Made by a program: the position numbers and the translations under genes. A stretch of DNA of 63,722 nucleotides, counting the filler. It is 23 parts of 23 records of this genome, joined end to end, with 100 filler letters (N's around TTAATTAATTAA, not from the genome) between each part and the next. Parts side by side here need not be neighbours in the genome. Positions count along the whole stretch, not along the records: positions 10,916 to 13,333 come from SRR36015645_55730; positions 13,434 to 15,586 come from SRR36015645_56080; positions 15,687 to 18,414 come from SRR36015645_56212; positions 18,515 to 21,741 come from SRR36015645_56606; positions 21,842 to 24,534 come from SRR36015645_57635; 18 more parts are not named here. One strand, 5' to 3'. Shown one piece after another: positions 11,495 through 24,634 of this stretch (position 1 is its first letter; each line of letters begins with the position of its first letter). Under the pieces are notes generated by a model. It did no database searches. It saw only the letters and a list, made by a program, of their open reading frames with translations, and was not told the origin of the DNA.

Positions 11495-13333
11495 ATGGTT
11501 TATAAATGCTGTGTACCTGGCTGCAAAGCGGGATATTTATCTGAACAAAATAAACAGGAGGCAAACAAATCTACAATCACATTTCATACGGTACCAGATG
11601 AAAACAAAAAACCAGACTTATACAAGGAATGGCTAAGAAAAATCCCTAGAAGTGACTGGAAACCAACTAAACACACACGAGTTTGTAGCCAACATTTTGT
11701 AGAAAATGACTTTGTTAAAGTTTCGCAGGACAATACACGAAATCCAGAGCGTGAACTAACCAATCATCGCCTAAAATCTGATGCTGTTCCTTCGCAATTC
11801 CCTACGTTACCTAGTTACTTGTCGGATAAAACTAAGCTAGAGAAAAAACGTACAGCTAGCTCAACAACTACGGCCCGTTATGACAAACAGCAAAAATTAT
11901 CGGACGAACAAGAAACAGCGTATTTCGAAGCCGACAAAGTTAGAAGCTTTGTTGAGCTGAAACAAAACTTATCCTCCATAACATTACATAATTTTTTTCT
12001 TGTTAAAGAGGATAACAGCCGTGTTGTTTTCTACTCGTTGTCGGACGATGTGAGCACAGTTTTGTGCACTGTCTGTGTGGAAAGCACCCTAGTTGTCACT
12101 CCACATGTAAAAGGAATATGTGTTACAAATGACATAAATGACTTGGGATGCTTAATATCATCGTACACCCAGCTTGATAACATACTTGCAAGAGTTAAAA
12201 GTCTCGTCGATTCTGGAGGTATAAGCGCTAAATGTTATTTGGACGATGCTATAAATTGTTTAGTTAAACTTATTCAGCAAAGCAATGAAAGCAACCAAAT
12301 AAATACGAATTTACTCGGGTTTGTTCTTGAACAATTACGGTTGGTTACACTTAACAAATACGCCCGGACTTACAGTCCAGAATTGTTAACAACTGCCTTC
12401 ATATGGCAAATGCTGGCGCCAAATCTGTACGAAGAACTGCGTGAATTATTAATTCTTCCGTCTGCTCGGACGTTAAAAAATTATTCGTCTGTAGTGCATG
12501 TTTCATCGGGCGTTCAAAGTTCAGTTGTTGACTATCTAAAGAAACGCACACAGAACCTTAATAATTATGAACGCATTGTGTTACTTCTACTTGACGAAAT
12601 CTATGTTGCTAAAAAGCTGGAGTATTCTGGTGGGCGGGTGTTTGGCGTTGCTAGTGACACAGATTTAGTGCCAGCAAAAACCGTGTTGTCATTTTTCATA
12701 CAATCATTGGCTGGAAAATATAAGGATACGGTGGCTCTATATCCGATTGCCTCGCTTACGAAAAACACACTAAAAGATTGTGTCATTGCCGTGCTTCAGT
12801 TGTTATGTAATCAAGGCCTTAATGTGGAGGTAGTCGGGACATGTTTAGACAACCACCCCGTGAATAGAAGCTTTTACAAGGAATTGTGCGGTGGACAATT
12901 AACGTGCTCTGTTGAAAATCCCGTTGCACCTGGTCAAGAGCTGCATTTGTTATTCGATCCAGTACATAACTTTAAAAACATTTACAACAATTTCCAACGC
13001 AAAGTTCGTGTAACATGTCCAGCATGGCCAGGTCCTGCCTCGTCACGCCACCCGGACTCTGATTTCTCTGCGGATTTTAGTCACATCGCTTCATTGTATG
13101 AACTAGAAAGTGGAAGAGACGCAAAACTGGCTCATAAGCTCACTAAGCGGGTGTTAAATCCGAGTAATATTGAACGCACTAATGTGTCATTGGCAACAGC
13201 AGTGTTTCATGAAAGCACGAGAAATGCATTACATTATTATGGATACAATGACGAATATCCATCAGAATGGATAAACACCGCACAATTTATTGACATAATT
13301 TTAAAGGCGTGGTCAATAATGAATGTAAAATCT
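11495..13333 (+). CDS. THAP-domain P-element transposase (THAP9-like), 3' truncated
   Basis: MVYKCCVPGC..FH..P..W..RVCSQHF..AVPS THAP finger. LPSARTL, LLLDEIYV, LDNHPVNR, LFDPVHNFKNIYNN, NIERTNVSLA. Confidence 0.92.
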
Positions 13334-13736
13334 NNNNNNNNNNNNNNNNNNNNNNNNNNNNNNNNNNNNNNNNNNNNTTAATTAATTAANNNNNNNNNNN
13401 NNNNNNNNNNNNNNNNNNNNNNNNNNNNNNNNNTTTTGGGGTGCAATTCGTATGTTTATATGGGTCCGTAATACATTTTACTACTCTAGTCGGTGTAAAC
13501 ATCGCTCCGTGGAATATTTTATATTTTTGGTGTTTTTGTGTTATTTTTTGCAAGTCAACCTGCAGTATTGAGTGGTAAGTGGTGTCTAATAGTTTGGGGC
13601 ACCTAATGGTGCAGTTTTTGTGTCTGATTACTGGTTTTCACGCTTGGGATCTGATTTATAAAAATCACGATATCAATACGTGATACGCACGTTTATATGA
13701 ACGTGGTAGTGTCATACCATAATACCATAATATACA

Positions 13737-15586
13737 ATGCAGCCAGGTGATAAACAGCGCGCAATTTTGAATGTAAACCTCTGTGATGTTGGTGAACTGG
13801 CAAGTAGCAGTCAGAACATAACAGAACAGCCTAACTTAAGGATGGTTGGACAGGATAAGGATAATGCCGAAAAATCGGGGTTTGAAAATATAGACAATGT
13901 AGAAAATTCAAAAAATCTAGCATCAATATTAACCGATGATAGTGCAATCATCGAACTGGAACGTGAGCACGGGTTACTGGACAGTTTAGTACAGCATGCA
14001 AATGAAGGTGGAGATGATGGGGAGAATTTGCATACTGATAATATAACAACTGACGGGCAAGCGGCCAATATTGACCGAAATTTGAATAACAGTGTCAACA
14101 ATACAATGCCAAATAGTAAACTTGTGCCAAGTGAAGAGAGGGAAAGGAATTTAAGACCGAAACCAGGGAATGCAATAAATACGGAAAAACAGGTCTTGGC
14201 TGAACCAAATGGATCTAACCCAAAGACAAATACATATGCAAACGTCCTATCAAATAAGCAACAACAATTTTTCGCCGAAAAGCAGAAGGCAGTTTACATA
14301 TATTTAACTGACCAGGATTTAAAAAATTTGGGAAACATACCATGTGCCACTGCTTTTGTCTCGGTTGTTGGAGGGGATGCAATTACGCACGTATCCAAAG
14401 TAAACTCCAAGTTTATTGTGTATTTGAAGTCCGAGGACCATGTAAATGCCTTGCTTATGACCGGTGTAAACATAGCAGGCTATAGGCGTGACGTCAGAGC
14501 CATGCATTCTCCGTACACGTCGGTGGTTCTGTCTAATGTTTTTCCAGAAGTTAGGAATGAAATAATCGTAGACACCTTCCAACGTGGATTAGGATTAGAG
14601 GTTCAAAGCATTAAATCAATTCCTGCCGGATTCCGGGACCCTAAGCTTCGGCACATTATGTCATTTAGGAGAGAAGTGAGATATTTGAAACCGGTAGACA
14701 ACGAATCTGTGATGCCAGCAGAGCTGAATCTCTCACAAGATGGGGAAATGCACAGGGTTTATGTATCGGACCCAGGAAAGCCTATATGTTTTTACTGTTT
14801 CCGTTTTGGTCACATCCAAACCCGTTGTCCTCAGAAACTAGCAAGGCGTGTGGATGGGAACAGGTATGCAAATAATGAATATAGGAGAACAGGCGAAACA
14901 TTGAATGGAAAAAATGCGGCCGAGAAACCGGATATACCAAAACAGGACAACAAAAATAAAACTAAAGGATATAACACAAGTGTCGAAAAGCACACTGCAC
15001 AACAGCCGAATGTAGAAGATGGATCCAGTAAGTTAGATATCAATAAATCTAGGCCTAGTACATCAACTGACATTGTGGAAAATATAAACGAGGAAACCAG
15101 GGGACGCGACGGGTTTGAGGAAGTATCGTACAAGAAGGGAAAAAAGAGGAAGAATGCAAGCAACTCTCCGCAGAAAGAGGAACTCAGGCATGACAATATT
15201 AATGCAAACGAAAATGAAATGGGAGGCAGTGTAAATAAGCAGCAACAAGCGAAACAGCAAATATCCCCTATCCTAAGAAAGAAGTTTCTCAACAAAGCAA
15301 AAAGAGTCAGAGAAGAAATAGAAGAAAAAATACATGTTACTAAATCACCTGAGAAGAACGAAATGGAATGTGATGACGGAACACAGGAAAAGGGAGCCAC
15401 AGGAATTGTAGAATGTAGGGAAAATAGCAGCGATGAAATTGTAGCATTGGCAGGAAAAGAAATATCTGGCAGTAATGAAAATACGGAATTTGATGCAAAT
15501 CTGGAAAATGGCCTTGATACGCCTACAGTGATAGCAAAAAATATCCAAACCCTGTCAAGCACACCCCTTGACAACAAGCAGCATGA
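13737..15586 (+). CDS. Tx1/L1-group LINE ORF1 (gag-like, CCHC knuckle), 3' truncated
   Basis: TYANVL, RRM-like region (VVLSNVFPEV), LRHIMSFRRE, zinc knuckle CFYCFRFGHIQTRC and a basic low-complexity tail. Confidence 0.85.
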
Positions 15587-15686
15587 NNNNNNNNNNNNNN
15601 NNNNNNNNNNNNNNNNNNNNNNNNNNNNNNTTAATTAATTAANNNNNNNNNNNNNNNNNNNNNNNNNNNNNNNNNNNNNNNNNNNN

Positions 15687-18353
15687 GATGATTCATACCA
15701 GTCGCCAGAAAGTCTTAACCTTATTGGTAACATTCTGCAGAAAGCGCTTGGCAAAGTTGGTGAAGTTATGAATCATATGGGGAACATAAGAGCATCGCAA
15801 AAGAAAGAGAATGCATCTCCAAACATTTCAAGTCATAAAAGTCAAACACCGGGCAAACGAGAAAAATACCTATTTAACAATACGCGGCGCAACTATAAAA
15901 ATACAGAATCGCATAATAAAAGCATTGAAGCTGATAGAAGCAAAGACAATGGAGAAACAAGTAATAGCGGAGACGTGGATGTTATAGATCATGATCATAT
16001 CAAATACAACCGTAACAATTTCGCCACAAATAATGCACTGCGATACGGGCCTAACAACATGGAAGACAACGGCAATCGGAAAGTTGGTGCTTACATGGAC
16101 ACTGTAACTGACGAAAATGGCAGTCATGAAAACATGAACTCTAACGCCAATTTCCAAAACTCAAATCAAACAGGGACCGATATAACGACAGATATACACG
16201 ATGCTAACGCTAACAATCATCATACAAAACCAGTAATGAGTGGATGGTCAAATCCTTCGTACAATGCAGACACGCTCTCGCACAAAGCACAGACTATTAG
16301 TAAAGACGATCATATATCAAACGTTTTTGATCTAAATAAGAGATCGTACATGCAACTAAAGTATGGGCCGAGAGAGCAGTTTTTAAGCAAGACGGACCAT
16401 CATAGTAGTGAACTCGAACACCAGATGCAAAAGCTCATATCTATGTACAGCCTCATCGAGCATAAGTTAAATACTATTCAGGAACAGCACATTCCACTAG
16501 CACTGCTAAAGGAAATCGAAAGCCTCAGAGAGGAAATCAGCACAAGCAATGATAATAGCATAAGCCGTACAGTACCGTCTAGTAAGTCACGAGTTGGAAA
16601 ACAAGACAGCGTCATCAATGGGAAATTTGATGATGTGCACAAGCGTAAAAATGGTAGTGATCATTCTGGCAGTAAGAAAGCTTGGCTAGAACATCAAAAG
16701 GACATGGGCAATCGGCCGTGGCTGCCGGCCAATATAATAGATGGCAAGCATGGCCAGAGCATCCCGACTAGGATACGACCTTATGGAGAATATTCCATTT
16801 CATTCAGAAAACTTCCTAGCGCAGAATCCTCAAGGTTGCCTAACTACATGGAAAACCAGCCGTATCCAACTGTTTATCGCAACACGTTAAAAGGTGCAGC
16901 ATCTGGTACGCATTCTGATGATTTGTTAGAATCATATTGGTTGCCTAACAACATAGAAAGCAAGCCGAACCCAATTGTTTATCGCAACACGATGAAAGAT
17001 GCGGCATCTGATACACATTATAATGATGTGTTGTTAAATTCTTATCAGGAATCGCCACACTCATTAACTAGCGATGGCCAACTGATAAATTTCCAAAGCA
17101 TTTACAGCAAAAGCATTAATACTGGTAATGTTCAAACACATTCTGCCGATTCGACAAAGGGTCCACAGAAGATGCCAACACCATCTTGGTTGTCAAACAA
17201 TAGCAAACAAAGAAGGCACCAGATTACGCACAATAACAGTATAAATACAGATTCAACCTATGCATATTCTACGGATTCGACTTTAGACATAGAGATGATG
17301 CCACCAACGTGGTTGTCGAGCGACAGCAAATATACAAAGAACCAGAAGGAGACTAGTTACAACAACAACATGAAAACTGATCCTACCACCACTTATTCGA
17401 CAAATTCGGCCTTAAATTTAACAAAAATGCCTCGATCTCTATTGGCGACTGATATCAAACCGAGAGAGGACCAGAATATTTATAGTAAAGGCATAAACAC
17501 AGATGCAAGCCGTGCATATTCCACTGACATGATAGCACATTTACAGAAGCCGTCATCTTGGTTTCCAAATGACGCAACCGTCAAAAGTGCCAAGGCACAG
17601 AATGTTTATAGCAAAAAGTATATATACTTTCGTCCGGCACCACTCACTGAAGGACGAGTCAGTACTGCTCACTTAAATATGAAACGATACAATGAACGTA
17701 CGGCAGCGGGCATTGGTGGTGAGGATGTTCGTATTAACAGTAAGAACAGCCAAGATGATGGAAGAAAAAATTACTTTGATAAAATACAGCGCACGGAGCA
17801 AATGAACGAGCCGGATGAACGCATGGACTTCTTAACGTATGTTAACTACAATAGGCCAACTTCTTCGACAAAAACGAGCACGACTAGACCGTTATCAAAT
17901 ACAACTCAAGCAATACTCCAGAGCACACTCCGGGAACAAGAATCAACATTGAAGCCAGTGGAAATTTACGACAATTTAAAATCCACCAAAGAACGCTTAA
18001 TTCTCAAGAGTACACCCAATAATGCTGGCAATGGTACGTCGGAAAAATCGACTGAAAGACTTGGCTGGACGCCGATGAATCAAGAGAAAGTCATTAGTTC
18101 TATGAAGCAGATGATGCGAGAGATAAAAGCCTACATTGACGAGGCCCTGACACAAATGACAACGAAATATAATGTGCAAGTCGACAAGCACCAAGGCGAC
18201 GTGCTACCAAACTACGCTGCGATAATTCTGACTAGTCTGGACAAGGATATTGAAATAAAACTAACATCGCAAAAGGACAAGCTGACAGGTAGGAGTACAA
18301 TTCTCGGTCACTACTGCATAACATTTTTTTTTTCAGCACAGCTTCCAGAATAA
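15687..18353 (+). CDS. Uncharacterised Asn/Ser/Thr-rich protein with internal repeats (probably a large exon, 5' truncated)
   Basis: Frame is open from the contig edge for about 890 codons. Contains 35-aa and ~41-aa internal repeats and short predicted coiled coils. Possible splice donor CAG|GTAGG near 18288. Confidence 0.6.
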   Translation, partial: DDSYQSPESLNLIGNILQKALGKVGEVMNHMGNIRASQKKENASPNISSHKSQTPGKREKYLFNNTRRNYKNTESHNKSIEADRSKDNGETSNSGDVDVIDHDHIKYNRNNFATNNALRYGPNNMEDNGNRKVGAYMDTVTDENGSHENMNSNANFQNSNQTGTDITTDIHDANANNHHTKPVMSGWSNPSYNADTLSHKAQTISKDDHISNVFDLNKRSYMQLKYGPREQFLSKTDHHSSELEHQMQKLISMYSLIEHKLNTIQEQHIPLALLKEIESLREEISTSNDNSISRTVPSSKSRVGKQDSVINGKFDDVHKRKNGSDHSGSKKAWLEHQKDMGNRPWLPANIIDGKHGQSIPTRIRPYGEYSISFRKLPSAESSRLPNYMENQPYPTVYRNTLKGAASGTHSDDLLESYWLPNNIESKPNPIVYRNTMKDAASDTHYNDVLLNSYQESPHSLTSDGQLINFQSIYSKSINTGNVQTHSADSTKGPQKMPTPSWLSNNSKQRRHQITHNNSINTDSTYAYSTDSTLDIEMMPPTWLSSDSKYTKNQKETSYNNNMKTDPTTTYSTNSALNLTKMPRSLLATDIKPREDQNIYSKGINTDASRAYSTDMIAHLQKPSSWFPNDATVKSAKAQNVYSKKYIYFRPAPLTEGRVSTAHLNMKRYNERTAAGIGGEDVRINSKNSQDDGRKNYFDKIQRTEQMNEPDERMDFLTYVNYNRPTSSTKTSTTRPLSNTTQAILQSTLREQESTLKPVEIYDNLKSTKERLILKSTPNNAGNGTSEKSTERLGWTPMNQEKVISSMKQMMREIKAYIDEALTQMTTKYNVQVDKHQGDVLPNYAAIILTSLDKDIEIKLTSQKDKLTGRSTILGHYCITFFFSAQLPE

Positions 18354-18514
18354 TATTACATTGTATATAATGGTTAGCTAAAGCGGTATTTGCACCTGCG
18401 GCAATGTTAACGTANNNNNNNNNNNNNNNNNNNNNNNNNNNNNNNNNNNNNNNNNNNNTTAATTAATTAANNNNNNNNNNNNNNNNNNNNNNNNNNNNNN
18501 NNNNNNNNNNNNNN

Positions 18515-21500
18515 AGAATTGATGATAGCTTCGAACTCTACTAGTATTGTCAATAATTGAGAATGTTTTATTAATCGATTTCCAATGACCTTCCGTAGTG
18601 CTCGTTTCGTGCAGCCCACAAGTCGTTCGTAAAATCCACCCATCCAAGGAGCAGATGAAGGAAGAAACACCCATTGTATACCTGTATTTGAGATGAAATT
18701 CTGTGTCAATTCGGATGTCAGTGCCAATCTCCATGCTCTTTGGAATATCGTGTTAGCCATTTTAAAGTTTGGGGCATTGTCGGATATTATCTTTTTGGGG
18801 ACACCCCGTCTTGAAAAGAATCGTCTACAGCAGTCAATAAAGTCGCTCGCAGTTAATGCATTGGCTAATTCGAAATGCAAAGCTCTGGTTGCAGCACAGG
18901 TAAATAGACAGATCCATGTTTTTCGGTTGACGTTCAACGGTTCGTAGTCGTCACGAATTACCAACGGTCCTATATAATCCACTCCAGTGCATGAAAACGG
19001 TGTATTCGATGTAACTCTTTCCTCTGGCAGATTAGGTGGTGCTGGAGCTCTGAAATGATCTCCCTCCCAACGCCGGCAGATAGTGCAAGTGTTGATAACT
19101 TTCTTAACTAACGATCTTCCTTGTGCTATCCAATATCTAGTTCTGACTTGAGCGAGTACATGTTTTATACCAGCATGGAACAGCTTTTGATGACAATTCT
19201 GAATTATCAGTCGTGTGTATATTGACTCCTTTGGCAATAGTATGGGAAAGCGTGCATCAAACTCAAGTTGGGCATTAGCTAACCGACCTTTGCATCGCCT
19301 GATTCCATCTTTGTCTGTGAACAAATCATATCCGCATGATTTGCTTTTCAAACGTGGATCTTGACTTTCTTTAGGTAATGATTTTTGTATATGTCTTTCC
19401 CAAGATAAGCGAGCAGTATTAATTTCTTCAGTGCTGATTGTTCCTTGATTTAAGGTTGATTTGGACTGTTTGAGACGAAGGTTTGATACAAACCGATGGC
19501 ACCAAGCTGTAACTCTCAAGAGTTTTTTTAAAGTTGAAAATTTCTCTATACGTATTCCATATGGTGGTACTGTATCTTTTATATTTTCTGTGATCAACAT
19601 AGCGATGTTAGGACTGTTTTTAGATTGATATTCTGCCTCCGTATTAGTCGTTTCTTCTGGTAAGATCTGTATTGGATGTTGTGTAGGCCAATTATTTCTT
19701 GCTTGTTGTAACCATTTAGGTCCCGTCCACCAACTTTGGCAGTTTTTTAATTCCTCTGCAGTTGTCCCCCTTGTGGGAATGTCAGCCGGATTGTCCGATG
19801 TTGCGACATATCGAAATTCGATGTTTGAAGTAGATTTAATTTCCTTAATTCTATTGGCAACAAACGTACTTAAAAGCTTAGTTGTCGAAATCCATGTTAA
19901 AACACATTTTGAATCAGTCCAAAGAATCTTGTTAGAAATGTGTAAACGACACTCTTTCTCCACAAATTGTAGCAATCTCGTGCCAATCAATACTCCCATT
20001 AATTCCAGCCTTGGGATAGTGAGATTCTTTAGAGGAGCCAGGCGAGATCGACACATAATGATGTGACTTTTGGTAATGTTTTTTGACTGACAGTAGAGAT
20101 AAATAACCACAGCATAACATTTTGCTGAAGCATCAGAGAATGCATGTAATTCAAATATGGTGTCCTTCTTGTCCATTCCGTGTAGAATAAAACGGGGTAA
20201 ATTTAGACTTGATATCTTTGTAATTTCCTTTCGTATTTGATCCCATGCATTAATTACTTCTGGCTCAAGTTTATCATCCCAAGTTGACGTTTGATTCCAT
20301 GCGTTTTGCATGAGTATTTTGCCTGGTAACGTGACTGGAGAAAATAACCCTAATGGGTCGTATAAGCATGCTACAACTTGAGCTAGATCTCGTCTTGTTG
20401 ATACTGGTTGATCTATCTTTTTCGGACTTTGTATACTAATTCGATCACTATGTGTGTCCCACACAATCCCAAGTATTTTAATTATTGTTTCATTTACCTT
20501 GTCAACTGTTGGGATTTGTTTAAGAAAAGATGTTGAGTTTGAATTCCATTCTCGGAGATTCATGGATGCATTGTTAAAAATTTCTTTTGCCTTTTTATAA
20601 TATTCCATAGCTTCTGTTGGGTTTTCCTTGCCTATGATGATATTGTCTACGTAAGTATTTTCAGCAATTTCTTTAGAAATTTTGCTCCCTTCTTTCATTA
20701 AATGGTGTTTTAAACAGGCACTGAGTAAAAAGGCACTGCTTACAATACCAAACGGAACACGGCAGAAACGGTAAGTTATTATGTTAGAATTGTCGGCTGG
20801 TTTTGATGGGTCCTTGAGCCATAGGAATCGCGTTACATCACGGTCTTCGGTTTTAATTCCGATCTGTAAATAAGCTTTCTCGATGTCGCTTATAAGTATT
20901 ATAGGTGACAAAAGTATCCTGATAAGAATGCCGCATGAAGATTCTATTAGTGTAGGTCCCTTTAATAAACATTCATTTAAGCTAAGTGCTTTTTTGTTAG
21001 CCTTTGCTGAAGCGTTAATGACGACTCTAACTGGTGTAGTCGTATTGCCAACTTTGATTACGCCATGGTGTGGTAGGTAATGTTTTACATCACTCTGTAT
21101 TGTTTCTTTAGTAACTTCTTCAATGATGTCGTGGGATTTCCATGTCTCAATTACTTCATTATACTTTTGTAATAGTGTAGGATTTGTAGACAACTTGCTA
21201 TGAATGTGTTTAAGTCGTCCAAAGGCTAATTTGAAATTTTCAGGTAGTTCTGTGCGATCTCTCTTCCAGGGCCATGATATTTGGTATCTCCCATTTATCA
21301 TTTCAACGTTATCATTGAATTGTTGTACTGCCCAATCATCATCTTTGATTGTTGGATTATCCGAAATTCCGATATGTTCCAAACTCCAAAATCCTTTCAA
21401 TTCGTTTTGAACATCAAATGTAGGTACTCTTGATTCTTGGATGCATACTAGTGATGTGTCGATTTGTTCTTTACATTGAAAGTTAGTTTTGTTTCTTTGT

Positions 21501-21739
21501 ATGTTCTGCTTTCCACCAACTAACCACCCAAGTTTGCTCTCGCACAATGCTAAATTTTCTTCAATGTTAATTCTGTTATTTAGTAAAATGGAGTAATAAT
21601 AATCTGCACCAATTAGTAATGTGATGATAGTAACGTGTGTCTCTCTGGATAAGATATGAGAGTCTGCCAAATGTATTGAGTTTAGAATGGGATATTTTCT
21701 GTTGCATAAGTTGACGGTATTTAATGGGCATACAATTTC
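18515..21739 (-). CDS. BEL/Pao pol (protease end, RT, RNase H, integrase), truncated at both ends
   Basis: LLIGADY, FWSLEHIGI, YLPHHGV, SDIEKAYLQ, YVDN, YDPLG, FSDAS, DNPADIPTRG, GVDYIGP, SDNAPNF, GGFYERLVG. Confidence 0.95.
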
Positions 21740-21841
21740 ATNNNNNNNNNNNNNNNNNNNNNNNNNNNNNNNNNNNNNNNNNNNNTTAATTAATTAANNN
21801 NNNNNNNNNNNNNNNNNNNNNNNNNNNNNNNNNNNNNNNNN

Positions 21842-24534
21842 CCAACATATACATCGAAATGTTGTAATGCCATAATGACAGCCAGAGTTTCTTTTTCAAT
21901 AGTTGAGTAATTACGTTGGAAAGGGTTCAGTTTCTTTGAATAATATGCGATAGGGTGGTCAACTTTATGATCATCCATTTGCATTAAGACTGCCCCTATA
22001 CCGACGTCACTAGCATCGGTAACCAACTTAAATGGTTTATAGAAGTTCGGGCTAGCTAACACAGGAGTCTGCAACAAAAGTCTCTTCAACCTTTCGAAAG
22101 CTAACTCTTGATCCCTGTCCCATTTGAACTTAACATCCTTAGCTAACAATTTAGTTAAGGGGACAGCAACATCTGAAAAATTTCTACAAAACCGCCTGTA
22201 ATACCCTATCATGCCTAAGAAACGCATTAGTTCTTTTCGGTTACTTGGTCTCGGAAAGTGACTAATTGCATCTACCTTAGCTGAAAGAGGTCGTACCTCC
22301 CCTTGTCCTACCATGTGGCCAAGAAACTTGACTGTAGCCTTACCGAATTCACACTTCACTAAACTAAGAGTGATATTAGCCTGCTTCAAACGTTCGAATA
22401 GTGCTCGAATTCTGTTTACATGTTCTGGCCATGTATCTGAATAGATCACGATGTCATCTATGTAACAACCACAACCTTCCAAACCTTGGGTTACATTATT
22501 TATCATCCTTTGAAAACTTGCCCCAGCATTTTTCATTCCAAAGGGCATGACTTTGTAACGATACAGTCCAAAGGGTGTCACGAAAGCTGAAATATTTTTA
22601 GCCCTTTCTGATAACATGACCTGCCAATACCCTTTTAGGCAATCAAAAGTAGATACATACACAGATGTACCAACCTTATCAATGCAATCATCCATACGAG
22701 GTATTGGATAATTATCCGTAACGGTAACTTTGTTCACTTGCCGATAATCTGTACAACAACGGTCAGAGCCGTCCGGCTTAGGGACTGTTAATTGGGGCGA
22801 ACTCCAATCACTAATACAAGGTTCTATAATATCATGCAGGAGCATATATTCAATTTCCTTCCGTAACTTATCTTCCTTTACTTTGTTTACTCGATAATAG
22901 TGTTGTTTAATCGGCTTAGTCCCTTCTACAATTTCTACATCATGTACCCATGCATTAGTTTTACTCGGATAATCTGGAAAAATTGACTCAAATTCCCTGA
23001 TTAACTCAATCAGATCATTCTGTTGACTAGGTTCCAAGTGACTCACCTTACTATCAAGATTTTTCAGAACATCCGAATTCGATAGTTTAATTTTACACCT
23101 ATCCATTGTATCTTCTAACTCGTTACTAAGTTCTGTTTCAACTTCTACAGTTGCCTCTGCCACTTTATCTGAAGAGATTGCCATTACAACCTTAGCTTTA
23201 TCAGGAGGTAAGAATTCTTTCAACATGTTAACATGACATAACTGTGTAGGCTTCAACCGATCTGGAGTATTAACGACATAATTTTGATCACTCACTTTCT
23301 TTACAACTTGGTAAGGGCCATGAAATTTGGCAGCCAACGGTTTTCCCTGAACTGGAAATAACACAAGAACGTAATCTCCGACTTTGAAACTACGAACCTT
23401 CACTTTCCGTGCTCGATCAAAGTTAGCCTTCATTTTATCTTGAGCTTTACCGAGATTGTTCCGTGCTAATTCAGTTATATCAGCTAATTTATCACGAAAA
23501 TTCATAACATGTTCGACAACGCCCTTCGCTTCCTCATTTTTGGGACTTTGCCAATTTTCTTTAAGAACCGACAATGGGCCACGAACTTGGTGTCCATAAA
23601 TCAGTTCAAATGGCGTATATCCCAAGGAATCTTGTACTGAATCGCGTACAGCAAATAAAAGTAATGCTATAGATTCATCCCAATTCTTGTCGTTTTCAAA
23701 ACAGTATTTTCTCAACATTCCCTTGAATGTTTGATGAAAACGTTCTAACGCCCCTTGCGATTCTGGATGATATGCCGAAGAAAATTTATGCCGTATACCA
23801 TTTTCCTCTGCAAATTTATGAAACTCTCTAGAAGTAAAGCAACTGCCTCTATCAGATTGTAAAACCTTCGGAAGACCGACTGACGCGAAAAAACTACGCA
23901 AACATTTCACTATCTTTTTAGTTGTAATATTACGCAATGGAAACGCTTCTGGGTACCTAGAAGACAGACACATAATTGTCAACAAATATTGATTGCCTGA
24001 TTTAGTTTTCGGCAAAGGTCCAACACAATCAATTTGAATTCTAGAAAACACTTCCTCTATTACAGAAATAGGTTTTAACGGTGCTTTGGGAATAGTCTGA
24101 CCCGGCTTACCAACAATCTGGCATGTGACACAACGACGGCAGAAATCCCGAATATCCTTATTGATCAAAGGCCAAAAAAAATGACGAATAACCTTTTGAC
24201 GTGTTTTACTATAACCTGTGTGACCTGACAACAAGTGGTAGTGTGCTAAGGACATAACCTGATGGCGAAAATTTTCTGGAACCACAATCTGTTCATATAC
24301 CTGCCAACTTTGTTTAGCAGGTACATCCGGGGGACGCCATTTACGCATGAGTAATCCATCTTTTAAGTAATATCCACCAGGCTGATTATCTATTTCGGAC
24401 TCAGAGACTGCTATATCAAACAACTTCTTCAAAGTTGGATCCTTACTCTGTTCGGAAATTAACTCATCACGAGAAGCAGGAATTACGATCTTTTCTTTAA
24501 CCTCAGGTGTCACAAAGGTATGTGTTTCTGTATC
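21842..24534 (-). CDS. Ty3/Gypsy pol of Gmr1 type (integrase upstream of RT-RNase H), truncated
   Basis: One frame holds, in order: HHCC (AHYHLLSGH..CVTC), rve (IDCVGPLP, SDRGS, GALER), GPY module, RT (DYRQVN, GYWQ, MPFG, YIDD) and RNase H (TDASDVGIGAVL). Confidence 0.93.
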
Positions 24535-24634
24535 NNNNNNNNNNNNNNNNNNNNNNNNNNNNNNNNNNNNNNNNNNNNTTAATTAATTAANNNNNNNNNN
24601 NNNNNNNNNNNNNNNNNNNNNNNNNNNNNNNNNN

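Noticed and set aside
14831-15577. 248-aa antisense ORF, and the many other short antisense or overlapping ORFs
   Set aside because: They are shadows of long, biased coding frames on the other strand and carry no motifs.
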